Shown: positions 28,266-40,300 of the stretch, in pieces
Position numbering within the stretch: the stretch's first letter is position 1
How the letters are laid out: the number at the start of each line of letters is the position of its first letter
From: Candidatus Omnitrophota bacterium
Lineage (GTDB): Bacteria > Omnitrophota > Gorgyraeia > 2-01-FULL-45-10
Direction: 5' to 3'
Assembly: GCA_041661345.1 (NCBI GenBank)
Contig: JBAZUO010000003.1
Location: forward strand, 28,719 to 92,718
DNA: 64,000 nucleotides
Program-made: the position numbers and the translations under genes
Notes under the pieces: generated by a model
What the model was told of the DNA's origin: nothing
The model's database searches: none
Seen by the model: the letters and a program-made list of their open reading frames with translations, nothing else

Positions 28266-29084
28266 TTAGAATGTTTCGTATTTTTTCATGAATTGCTTTA
28301 CCATCGCAAAACTCTTCGGCACGTACTGGAGCTCTTCTTCTTTGCCTTCGTATTCGATATTGAAGAAGCCGCGATAATTAGCATCTTTCAGTATCTTGAA
28401 TATCTTATCGAAATCGAATTCCAATTCTTTGCCGTCTTGCGATAACTTATGGATCTTGCAGTGCATATGTGTGACATAAGGCATAGAAGATCTCAGCGCC
28501 GCATACATGTCCTTATCCTGATAATTTCCTGTATCGAGATTAAGTTTCACCCATGGTGAGTCAACATCTTTGAGAAGTTTGTGTGTCTCGATCGACATCG
28601 GAAGATAGCCGCCGCCGTTGTGAGATTCTATCGCCATCACTACGCCCTTCTTCGCTCCGTAGGCAGCGCATTCCTTTATGCTCTTCACGACCTTAGGCCA
28701 GAGTTGGGCGTGTTTCTCTTTCGGCGCCCACCCGGCAAATATCCTTAAATTCGGCGCGCCGAGAATATAGGCGACATCAGTCCATCTTTTGATCTTCTCG
28801 ATCTCTGCCGACTCATCTTCCGGCTTATCTTTCCCGAAGCTGTTGCCCGGAGATACCGCGGATATTGTAATCTGCAGGTCCGTGGCAAGCTTCTTTATTT
28901 TGAGCAGGTAATCCATATCCTTCAGGAGCTTATTGACATCGTCTCCATTCTTGAAATGGATATCGATAATATCTACACCGCCTACCTTAAGATCATCGGC
29001 ACAAACATGGAGAAGCTTCTCCAGATCCATTTTACCTGCTTTAAATGTTCTATTATATGACCAGGTGCAAAGTCCAAGCTTCAT
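28266..29084 (-). CDS. Sugar phosphate isomerase/epimerase (xylose-isomerase-like TIM barrel)
   Basis: 272 aa. The pattern LGAPNLRIFAG.., MAIESHNG, LNLDTGN and HMHCKI is typical of the AP_endonuc_2 / IolE-like family. Confidence 0.65.
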   Translation of the reverse strand: MKLGLCTWSYNRTFKAGKMDLEKLLHVCADDLKVGGVDIIDIHFKNGDDVNKLLKDMDYLLKIKKLATDLQITISAVSPGNSFGKDKPEDESAEIEKIKRWTDVAYILGAPNLRIFAGWAPKEKHAQLWPKVVKSIKECAAYGAKKGVVMAIESHNGGGYLPMSIETHKLLKDVDSPWVKLNLDTGNYQDKDMYAALRSSMPYVTHMHCKIHKLSQDGKELEFDFDKIFKILKDANYRGFFNIEYEGKEEELQYVPKSFAMVKQFMKKYETF

Positions 29085-29096
29085 CGAGTGTACCCC

Positions 29097-30134
29097 TTAT
29101 TTAACCTTTACCCACTTACCTGCATCATTCGACTCATACGCGGCATTGATAACCTTCATCGTCTCTCTTCCCTCTTCGCCGGAGACAAAAGGCTTCTTTC
29201 TATTGATAATGCAATCTATAAAATAATGGACGGCATTCTCCCATCCGGTACCGGTGCCTATTTCAGGATACATCTCTTCGAGCGCAACATTCGGGTCTTT
29301 GCCTTTATTGGTATCCACTAATTGTACCTTAACCGGCTTCTCGGTGCCGATGGCCGTCATCATCTTGCCCTTCGAGCCGTATGTCCACGTCATTACTTCG
29401 TAGGGCCTGGTCGTCCAGGAACACTCGATCTCACCCTTGGAGCCGTCTGCGAATTTGAATAGGACTGTTGCGTTATCGTCGACTGGTACTTTCTTCTCGA
29501 TCGTCCTTATCGTGGCGAATACTTCCGCGATCGGCTTTGCCGCGAACCATCTGACGAGGTCCGTGATATGGACGCCTATGTCGATCATCGCTCCGCCGCC
29601 CGACTTCTTCTTATCGTAGAACCAGTGGGCCTTGCCTTCCGACCAGTATTCCGGTCCGGCATGCCCAATCCTGCCTCTTATATTATGGATCTTGCCGAGG
29701 ATGCCTGATTCCAGGACTTTCCTCGCGGCCTGGTGAACCGGGTCAAACCTCTGGGTCTGCTCTACCATAAGGTAGACGCCGTTCTTATTTGCGGCCTTGG
29801 CCATATTGTCTGCGGCTTTAGCTGTAATAGTTATCGGCTTCTCGACGAGAATATGTTTATTGTTTTTTGCGGCGCCTATGGCCATCTCTTCGTGCAGGTA
29901 GTTCGGCGTATCGACAAAAATAGTGTTGATATCTTTTCTAGTCACGACCTTCTTCCAGTCTTTGACAATATCGGCGCCTGAAATTTCAAACTTTTCTTTT
30001 AAATTTCTTGCTTTCGCTTCCTCTATGTCGCAGAGGACTTTTACTTCAACCTTTTCCTTATAATTCACTAAATTCGGTAAGCTCGCCCTCTCCGCTATCT
30101 TACCACAGCCAATGACTCCAACCCTAACTGCCAT
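29097..30134 (-). CDS. Gfo/Idh/MocA-family NAD(P)-dependent oxidoreductase
   Basis: VRVGVIGCGKIA is the Rossmann motif and LVEKPIT is present. The start is probably ATG 30134, after a G-rich Shine-Dalgarno; the ORF-track GTG 30149 is the alternative. Confidence 0.8.
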   Translation of the reverse strand: MAVRVGVIGCGKIAERASLPNLVNYKEKVEVKVLCDIEEAKARNLKEKFEISGADIVKDWKKVVTRKDINTIFVDTPNYLHEEMAIGAAKNNKHILVEKPITITAKAADNMAKAANKNGVYLMVEQTQRFDPVHQAARKVLESGILGKIHNIRGRIGHAGPEYWSEGKAHWFYDKKKSGGGAMIDIGVHITDLVRWFAAKPIAEVFATIRTIEKKVPVDDNATVLFKFADGSKGEIECSWTTRPYEVMTWTYGSKGKMMTAIGTEKPVKVQLVDTNKGKDPNVALEEMYPEIGTGTGWENAVHYFIDCIINRKKPFVSGEEGRETMKVINAAYESNDAGKWVKVK

Positions 30135-30203
30135 ACTCCCCCCAGTCACTCATCGTTTAGGTTACAGCTAACAGCAAACAGTTTACAGGTAAAAACATTT
30201 AAA

Positions 30204-30232
30204 ATGATAGCAAACTTGACTATTTTTGTAAA
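30204..30232 (-). promoter_or_regulatory. Sigma70-type promoter candidate TTTACA-17 nt-TATCAT
   Basis: Minus-strand reading within the 157-bp gap between the two oxidoreductase genes. It is flanked by the inverted 13-mers AGGTTACAGCTAA (30159-30171) and TTAGCTGTAACCT (30282-30294). Confidence 0.4.
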
Positions 30233-30306
30233 GAGCTAACCAATCCTGATATCATCTTAACAATCTCCTCGGCATCTCTTATTAGCTGTAACCTGTTTAC
30301 TGTATA

Positions 30307-31341
30307 CTAATCTGATATATAGACTTTTCTACCGCGCTTCGAAGATTCGTAGATCGCCCAAATCAATCTTTGAGTCTTCAACGCATCATCGCCCGTTATC
30401 GCAGGTTTTCTGTTATTGCAGAGCGCTTCGTAGAAATCCCTGATCTGATTATAGTGGCAATATCCCCAGTAATCTCTCACGCCGTCGCCGTAATCGATAT
30501 ATTCGTCGGCACGGGGCTCGGCCTTCTCATTCCGGCCGTTTGAGTATCCTATATAAGCAGAATCTTTCACTATATGAACTCTGGCTTTTTCGCAATCGAT
30601 ATCGATGAATGGATCGTCGTCGAACGAATAACAATTTATGAGATAGAACGCGAGGTAGAACCCGTTCCTGAATTTAACGATGCCTTCGGCGGAATCCTCG
30701 ACATTTGTAAAAGTGTGCATCCTGTTGGATACGCTTGCCTCGACATATTCTATCGGGCTGGGGATTAGCCACCTCACGATATCGAGATAATGGATCGCTT
30801 GATCGATGACAACGCCGCCGCCTTCCTTATTAAGACGCCCTTTCCAGTCGCTCTTCTTATAATAGCTGTCGGGTTTATGGTAAGTAAGGACGAGCTTTGC
30901 GGCCCTAAGCTTGCCAAGCGAACCGTCTTTTATCCTATTTTTGACCAGCTGTGAACCGGGATTGAATCTATTTTGAGAAATAACGCCAAGGGTTATGCCG
31001 GCCTTCTTCGCGGCCTTAATCTCTTTCTCGGCCTGCGCAGGATTAAGCCCCATCGGCTTTTCTGTGATCGTATCTATTTTTCTCTTTGCGGCCTCGTGAA
31101 TCATCGGCATGTGGAGGTAATGCGGGGTACAGATGTGGACAGTATCCAGATCGGCTTCGTCCAGCATCTTCTTATAATCGGTATAGTAACTGCATCTGTA
31201 GGCCTTCGCACGCTGCTTTGCCCGGCCTTCCTTAATATCGGAGACGGCGACAAGGCTAACGCCTTTTATATTCGCCAGCGACTGCGCGTGCATCGGGAAT
31301 ATCGTACCGCAGCCTATTATGCCTGCTCTCAATGTTTTCAT
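30307..31341 (-). CDS. Gfo/Idh/MocA-family NAD(P)-dependent oxidoreductase
   Basis: LRAGIIGCGTIF is the Rossmann motif and ITEKPMG is present. 344 aa. Confidence 0.8.
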   Translation of the reverse strand: MKTLRAGIIGCGTIFPMHAQSLANIKGVSLVAVSDIKEGRAKQRAKAYRCSYYTDYKKMLDEADLDTVHICTPHYLHMPMIHEAAKRKIDTITEKPMGLNPAQAEKEIKAAKKAGITLGVISQNRFNPGSQLVKNRIKDGSLGKLRAAKLVLTYHKPDSYYKKSDWKGRLNKEGGGVVIDQAIHYLDIVRWLIPSPIEYVEASVSNRMHTFTNVEDSAEGIVKFRNGFYLAFYLINCYSFDDDPFIDIDCEKARVHIVKDSAYIGYSNGRNEKAEPRADEYIDYGDGVRDYWGYCHYNQIRDFYEALCNNRKPAITGDDALKTQRLIWAIYESSKRGRKVYISD

Positions 31342-31397
31342 AATCGGTTTTTAGGTTATCACAGCAGCAGATATACCGTCAAGGTATTTTTAAACCA

Positions 31398-34300
31398 TTA
31401 TGCGGAGACTTCGAAGAGTTTCTTGAGGCGTTCCAAACTGGATATCTCGTCGGTGAATTTAATGATCCTTGGAAGCGCTTTGACAAGCCATTTGATCCTG
31501 CCGGCTAGGTCGCTGACCAGATCCGGCGGCATCTCATGGCCGGTAAACAAGTTATATGCCATTTCGAACAGGCTCATCTTTTCGTAAAGCACACCTACAC
31601 CCATTAAAGCCATCGCCTGAATATTGATAAAAGGAATCGTGGTTTTATCCAGGCCCTGTATCATGCCCGTAGTTATGGCGCAGTAATTCGTCCCGGCCTG
31701 ACCTTTGACTCCGGCTATGCCTTCTCTCGGATCCATGCCCCCGGTAAGTATATCATCGTCGAGTACCGCTATCCGCGCTTCTTTATCTTTACCAATAATA
31801 TCATTCATCGCGCTGATAAGCTCTTCGCGCGTCCCCACCTCTATAATTTCTTTGCCATTAAGCCCGGATACACCCTGCTTTACGATCTTTGCCAGGCGCT
31901 CCCGCACAGGCTCGGGCAAAGCCTTGACCCCTACAGCCGATTCCACAAGACCTTTTCTCATTATTATAAAATTATGACTAAGGTCAAGCCCTTCGCCTTG
32001 CCGATGAATATAGTCGGCCATTTCATCGGTCCCGGCTTTAACATCACGGACCGCTTCCCCTACCTTTTGGGCAACGTCTTCCGGCAGGATATTTAAAGTC
32101 TTAAAATCTTTAGAAATTAAAGGCTTCAATCCCTCCAGATAACCGCTGGCCGTGTCAAATTCAAAGGAAGCGTCTTTTGCGATCACACCGGATAGCATCA
32201 GTTTTCGCAATGCCTCGCGCTGAACAGCTTCGTTGCCCTTAAGCATGCTGAGCGGAACATATTCCGGAGCATACCATACCAAAAGGCCCATGATGGCATT
32301 CCTGGTCTCGTTATCACCGTCGGATAATATACTATAACCCTCCCCGAAATAAGCCGCTTTTTCAAGGCGGTCAAGAATAGCGAATATTGTAGGGTGAACT
32401 TGCAGCCTTCTGATCCATCCTGCCCTAGACCAATTAAAATTGGAGACAAACCTTACAAGCGTATTTGTGGGCAATATTGCGCGGAATTCTCTTATTTTTA
32501 GAAGGCTGGAGAAGAAGTCGTTATAATAAGCTCCTAAATAAAACCTGAGGCCGAATAACACGTCTTCGCGCGGGCTTCTCTTGGCCAGGTTCCAGGACTT
32601 ATCCGCCGAAAACCGTTTCGCGAAATCCCGGGGATTGCTTAATATATAATCGATAAGATCGGCGACGGTTGTTTTGGGGTTTGTTTTAAACACATCCTGA
32701 TACAAATCCTTCAAGATAATTTTTGTATTATTCTCGGTAAATAAATTTGACTCGTCGTTGATAAAATCTTCAAGCAGGAATTTGCGTGTTTTTGCAGAGA
32801 TGCGGCTTATCACATTCTTCTGGATAATTTTTTCTACCGTGTTCCTGACACCGGCTCTTTCGTCGGAATCATTAATTTGACGCCTGCCAAGCTGTGCTAT
32901 GGCAAGAAGCTCTCGCTTGACGATATCAATCTCTGCGGCGGCAAGGCCGCGCAGTTCGCTTCGCGCCAGGTACCGGTATGCTTTTTCCGACCGATCGACA
33001 ACTACCAGGCCCAACTTCTCGAGTTCATTTAATTCAACCTGTGCGGTGGTCCTATGCATATCATGCTTCGAGAGCCTTGCATTTTCAAAATCTTCGAATG
33101 TCACACCTTTAGTGAAGAATTCGTTCATTCCTAATAGCGTCTCGAGGCCGTTTTTAATGCTTCCGGCAAGCGCAGGCTGCGCATCCTGAATCATAGCGCT
33201 CTTATTATAAATACCCAGCCCCTCTTTCTTGGCGGCGGCCATACTCCACTGCCTTAAATATTCGGCAGCGGTGAGGCGGTTCACCGGAACACGGCTTATG
33301 GCTATGGCAGATAATTGATAAACAGCGCGGACTTGCGCAGACATCGCCAGGCCTTTACGCATTTCTGCGAGGTAAGCTTTTCGTAAGATATCCAGGACTT
33401 TATTAAGTTCCGGGTTATCCTTCTCTTTCTCCGCCCTTAATATTTTTCTAAGCATATCCTGAGTTACATTGACATCCGGAATAAATGTATTACCCTCACC
33501 CGCCACTTCTAAATTGATCGGTATGCCCTGGTCAACCAGTATGCCTTCCCCGTTTGGCCATGGCGGCGCAATAATTAATCCGCCGGTTACCGCAAAGTGG
33601 GTTTCAGAGCCTCCAGCCGCCTCTGTATTAGGATCTGAGTCAAGTATTCCAAAGTCGGTAGCGGCAAAGATATCTCTCTGCTCATTTATATTAAAGTATG
33701 GTATGAATATGAGCCTGCCCGTAACTCCGGGCTTGCTTCGCAATCTTGCAACAAGCGCTATCAAATCTCTTTCCAGCTGTATGCTGTCATCATAGCTCTG
33801 CACATTACCCGCAATGATTATCTGCGCGCCATTAGTAACCATCTCTTCGATATTCTCGTCGCACAATGCCCTGTTCCTACCGGCTTTCTCCGGAACAAGC
33901 CGGCCCGTATAAGACCAGACTGTTTGTTCGGAATTAAGCCTTATCTGCTGCTCATCACTCGAGCTGGTGGAATAATACCGGTTATTCGCGGGGTTCTGTT
34001 TTAAAGTGAACGATTCCTTTGACTTCTTTTTGGTTGTCAAAAATTGTTCGGGGGTCGGATGCTCAACATCTATATCCGGATAGAGTTCTTTCATAATTTT
34101 TCTGAAGACCACACCCGTCATCGGCCTGTCATCGCCGTTAGTAACCGCAACAATATTCATCTCAGGCCACCAGTAATCTTTCACTGTTACGTCCTGAACG
34201 TGCTTACGCGAAACACCGCCCTGCCAGTCGGATGTGCGCAGCAAACACGATGCATAATCATATACGTTATTAAAATCACGTTCGGCGTAATTCCAATATT

Positions 34301-37300
34301 TGGACGGAACTCCGCCGCGCTCAAGCATTCGCTTTCCGTACTCGCCAGACCCCTCCTGCCGGTTCTTATACGTATGAGTCGTGCCGGGCATAATAATGGA
34401 TTTACTGACCTCGTCATCACAATAGCGCATCCTCTGTCCGTTTCCGTCCATAAAGAATGTGTCGTCTCTGATCCTGTCGAGGCTGGTTAGTGATAACTGA
34501 CTGTCATTATTATGCAAGATAGGCGCTTTCCATGTGTCGGGATGCTCTGCGCGTTCTTTTGTCTCAACCCGCCTTACAAGTTCGAGAGTAGCCGCAGACA
34601 TAAAACTTGTAAATTGCTCCCAAGTAGGGAGGGTCACGCCGTCGCCATACCTATATATAGAGCCCGTCACAAAGTCATCCCTATCTTTTATGAGATATAC
34701 TTCTATGCCAAGCTCATTATAACCGCGATATACTATCGCCTCTGTTGTCCTGGGATGGTTTAGATCGCCATAGGTTACAGGAAATCTTTCAACAACTTCA
34801 AGCTCGCCAATTACAGGGTAAGACAGAACGTCAGAATGATAATCCAGATTGATCCACGCATTCCTGTTCTGCGGATCCGGACGCTTCGAATACATCGGTT
34901 CGATATGTCTTAGTTTAATATTGAATTTTTTCAATATCTCCTTCATGGCTTTCCCGTGAAACTGCATTACCCTGCCTAGGCCGCCTGCCGCGTACCATAT
35001 TTCCGAAGATGCCTGCCAGATAGATCGGCCGGCCAGATACGGCGCTTGCGTCTCAAGCCAATTATCAGGCAATTCTTCATCCAGCAAAAGAAGAATGGAA
35101 TCTACCATAGGAAGAGCCCTGATATTGCGCCTCTTGGCGAGGTTGGATTTCAGTATGTCGACAAGTTTGTCCTGCTCCGCTTTATCCAACAGCATAACTG
35201 CCCTGAGAAGCGGATACCGGCTCTCGATAGGATACTTGGCATTGTCACCGGCCGAAGCCGAATTATCGCAGGCTTCCAGAAATTCGAATAATGTATTTGC
35301 GCGGCGTTTATTTGAAATTTTTATAGCGCTCTTCAAGTCTACAAGAAGGGACTTCCAGTCATCTAAAGCCATCTTCTCCGCGAGTTTACTCTGTTCCAGG
35401 CGCCATTCGCGCACCGCTTTACCAAATTCGTTCTTCGAATGATTTTTTAGGTCGCGCGGATCAAGATACGGGATCTTTAGCTTTTCTGCGTCAGTCAAAT
35501 TCCAGTATAACAATGCCGTTAACCTCATAGCATCGACATGTGTTACAGCGGCAGTCTTTGCGTCCTCTACATCATCTCTGCGCTGACGCATCGCGTGAAA
35601 AAGTTCATGACAAAGCGCTTCTTCTCTGTGTTTATAGAAAGAGCTGCCTTCAGTAAAAAAGAGCGGGGATGCGCCAATAGATTTGGATGTGCCAAAACCG
35701 AGATAATAACGATCTGTACTTTCGTAACGCTCCGGCGATATTCCCAGCTGGCGCCCATCAATGCCTTCTTTGTATCTTCTGAGAGCAATTAATAAAGATG
35801 CGCGTATTTCTCTGGGGGCTTTCTCGCGGATTGTCTGCTCAAGACTTTTGATCGTCTCGACAAATATCGGATTATCTTCCCAATGTGTAATGGGGGCGTT
35901 GTTCAGCTCGCTTGAATTAAAACCGCGGCCAATAAGCGGCGCGGAAGTTTGTTCAGCAAAAATGCTTTGTCTTGCGACAAGATCAAGGCGCGTCCTGTAC
36001 TCGGCATCCGTGCCATGGCCGCGTCCCTGAAGGTGCTGAAATTCGTCTTTATCGAGCACCTCTTCGCGCAGGGACTCATTTCCTCGAGCCAATATGTGCT
36101 TTAGTAACCCTTCTCCTATATATATTACTCTGTCGTTTTCTCCGGCGTGGGCGATATTGGAGTGATCGATATCATTATTCCATCCTAATGCGGTTTTCCC
36201 GAGGGCAACTCTGAATTTGACAAGCTTATCATCGATTTGGTGTGTTTGTATCCATTCCTTTAATGTTGCAATTTCGTCTTTAGTTAAATTATCGGTAACG
36301 TTAACGGGCGGGCCGCGATATTCGTTAGGATCTGTTATGCCGGGTTTATATCCATTCACATAATTAACCTGATAACCCCTCATGACACCTTCTTCGAGGG
36401 CAAATTCTACCATACCGCCGCTCTTTATAATATCTCCTATAAGCGGGTTCGATTGCGGTGCTTTGGGACCTTTCAGCTCCCATTCCTTCGGCACGTGCTG
36501 CAAATCTTTGTCTGTAACGCCTAATACTTTCATGAGGGCTACGCTGACGCCTTCCAGGTAGAACATAGATGCGAGCTCAAAAGTACGCTTTACATCCCTT
36601 TCGGCCTGGCAGTCGGAATTATTTTCCATTATGTCTACCGTATGAGAAACTGTGGGCCTTCGCGAGATCGGTATCACCAGGTCAGCCTTCGCTGCCATAG
36701 GCGAATGAGGAGCTGCTGTAATAAATATAGTGGGGCACTCTTTTTCTTTCGCAACAAGCATCTTTTCTTCCATCTGTCCTCTTGCGCCGGAATTGGATAT
36801 GAATATCGCTATATCCCCTTTGTGCGGCGCCGATATGATATCCCTCGGGCCAGGCACCTGGACTTCGAATCCTATATTCTGGATCCTCCTCGCGAATAAC
36901 CTGATAACGTAATTATTTTGCCCTAACCCGAATAAAAATATCCCTTTTTTGGAGTAGGTTTTATCGTTATCGCCTTTTTTTATAGTCCCGTCGGAATTCC
37001 TCTCAACAGCCGACAGCAAATAGTCGATAAACTGCCCTGTTAAAGGTTCATTCTCCATTATCTTTTCTTTTAATTCATCCTTTATTGTCGACGGTGTCTT
37101 GCCTATCACGCCTCTGACGATCTTGGCTGCCTCATCTTTATTAAGGCCGTTGGCGCCGCCCTGGATCAGAGCTTCAATAATACCTTCGAGATACAACATG
37201 GTGCTGTATTCGAACGTCGATGAAAGAGGAAGATACTCCGCAGCCGGGTCTTTTTTAACTGAGCTCGCTATATCCTTAGTCCTTCCTTTTATCACCATGA

Positions 37301-40300
37301 CGCTATGATAAGAAGGACCTGTCTTCCATATCGGTGCATCCGGTGTTGCGGTTATTGAGAATATCCTTTTATTCAACTTTTTCTCTCTATGCAGCATATC
37401 GACGTTTTTCAAATTATTTACAACCGAAGATGTGCTTCCGGAGCCGGAGAATGTAAGAACAAGATCGTTCTCATTGACAAGGAATTCCGGCGTTATCTCT
37501 TTGAAATCATCTACCTGGAACCCGAGAGCGCGTAATTTCTGCTGAAAGAAAACCGCAACTTCTCCGACCCTGCCGGCAGCATTAATTATTACCCTGCCGC
37601 CATGTCTTTTTGTCTCGAGAAGAAGGTCTAGCAGTTCTTTTGTTTTATCGGCATCCAGATTAGGAATTACCTGTTCGTTTATATGCTGGTACATGGCCTT
37701 GATAGAATTATTGACATAATAACTAAGGCCGAATTTGAACTTGTCGATCTCATCCTGCTGAGAACCGAATACCCTTTCATATATAACTGCCGCCCATTCC
37801 CTTGTTATCTGGCCGTCAGGCGTGTCGAAAAATGTATATTTGTCCGGTCTCCTCTTTATGCTTGTAAGAGCATCGACTATCACGTCCTTAGTAAGGCCTA
37901 ATTTTGCGGGATCCGTCGGAAGGCCTAGCGATTCCAGCATATTCTTTATATCAAAAAACGCGTGAGGATCATATTCGGTACTGTAAAGATACCCTATTAT
38001 CATCGATGCTATGCCAACTATCTCGCAATGCAATCTCGGCGTATCGGCAGGCATTAATGCCTCTATTCTGTCGGCAAGGAGGTGTTCGGAGCCGTCTTTG
38101 GGCCTTGATACACCGTATCTCATATTAAGCAACGATGCTTCAAGCATGGCTTCCGAAAGTACTATCATGCCGAGATCAGTATTGTCCCGGATGTCGCCCG
38201 CATTTTCCGATGTAAGCTTCAGTATGTCCTGTCCGGCGGCGAAAATGACATCGTCTACATCTTCTTTGCCGTCTTTAGCGGCCAATTCCCAATCCTTCAG
38301 CGCCGGATATATGCTTATAAGATCGCCGGAACCGGCCCTATTGGCCCTATCACCGCTGATACCGGTCGCAGACCTTAGGCTCAACATGTCTCTGAGAATT
38401 CCCAAGTCTATAACGACCCTGCCCATCGGCCCGGGTTCTTCCGAGATCCTGTTCCTTTCGCCACCCACCCCTTTATAAAATATAGCTTTCTCTGTAAACA
38501 TTCCGTTCGTCGAAAGCGTGCTTGGGATGGATACCGCTTCTTTCTTAAGTTTTTTAGCGCAATATTTCGCCCAATCCGTAAGTGTACCTCCGCCAAGTGC
38601 CGCCAGGGTTGAGAAATCCATCCTGGAAAGCTCCGCAAAAAGATCATCCGGCGTTTTATAGCCATCTATAAATATTATCTTGTTTTCGTTAACAAGTTTT
38701 TCGAGCCAGGCATATTTCTTACTCATCATCAAAGTAAATGCCTCTTTTGAGATCAAAAGGCGCACATTGCCGTCTTTGGACTCGTCAAAAAATCTTTGAG
38801 CGGCATTATTCCCTATCGTTGTTACGGGAAGATCGTATTTCATACTCCAGTGCGGTTTATTAACGCCACGCAAAGATTCGCCGCGGGCAATAGCATATCT
38901 TGCCGCTCCTACAGCGCCGCCCAGGTCCGGGTCAGAACTTGTTACCGTCACCTTTATCTTGTCGGCATATTCAGGATATTTTTGCTTTATAATGCCGTTA
39001 GCCAGTTCCGCAAGCCGCGGACCAGTGGCCTGTTGCGAAACTCCTCCGGCCAGCACGATCTCGTTAGCTTGTGTAATTTTGTAAAGAGCTACGGCTTCGG
39101 CCGCTATTTTGCCGGCAATGTCGCTCTCCACTTCGAAGGTCTTCTGCATAATAGAGGGTTCCAAACTCTCCAGTTCATTTTTGCTTATGCCGTGCTTATT
39201 AGCCATTGCCTCAAAAGCACTCTTCGGCACATAACCGCCATAGCAGCCCGCAACTTCGCAACCGGGATCCTTATTGGCATCCGACGACATATCTATAACC
39301 ATGTGGCCGCCTTGATTCGGGATATTTTCTATATAGCCGTCTTTTATTTTTACATAGCCCGGCCCTGTCCCTATCGGAAGAACTATCTTTGTCCCTATAG
39401 TTCTTGGGTCAACCCCCTGTCTGATACGGTTATATATTTCCCCAAAACCAAAAGCATCGGCGTCGTTCAGGACAGCTATATTTTGAATATCGAGCTCCGT
39501 CCTTATAGTATCTGCTATCGAATTTAAAGCATTGTAATCGCCGGTAAAGTCGGTCCTGCCACCTCTTGCCTTAGCCCAAAATCGTTCAAAATTGGTAAGT
39601 CTGATAACTTTAAAAGAACCGTCGCGGCGTATTTCTATCGGAGAAGGGAACGTGAGGCCGATAGATTCCACTTTCTTACTGCTTTCCCTTCCTAGCCATA
39701 ATGATGCTTTTTTAGAACATTCGATGATCTGATCCTTTAATGATGCGCCGCCTCCGGTTTTATCAACCGGCGTCCAGTCTTTATATACGACTTTATCTCC
39801 ATACATGACAACCGTCTTTATATTAGTGCCGCCGACATCCACGCCAAGATAGTATTTATTTTTAAAAGCCCCATCGGTAAGATCAAGCCGGGGAGAAAGC
39901 TCCTTATCCATGGTGAAAGCAACATCACTACTATCGCTTATCGTTATAGGTTTCCCGAAATTACTGTATATCGGCATCCTTGCATATCTCTTGTCGATAT
40001 CCGCTTTAATCATGCCAACCAATAACTTTTCCGTATTTTTATTATCCACGAACAGGGCGATATTTGTAGCGCCCTCGCATACAACTGTATTGTATATAGC
40101 AGTCGATACATACTGCGCTAAAATATCTTTATTAGTTTTTAAAAATAACACGGAAGGGATGTTAAGGCGGAGGACCTTCAACCGGTTCTCTCCGCGCTCA
40201 AGCAGAACTTTAACCGTTACGCTTTTAGGATCGGCCTGTGCCACTGCGGCGATCGCGCTATCCCAATAGTTAATGTCGCCGTTAGATGACAGCCTACCTA

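Noticed and set aside
30150-30306. The inverted 13-mers as termini of a miniature transposable element (MITE)
   Set aside because: There are no flanking direct repeats and no second copy. The interior contains a plausible promoter, so a regulatory interpretation is preferred.
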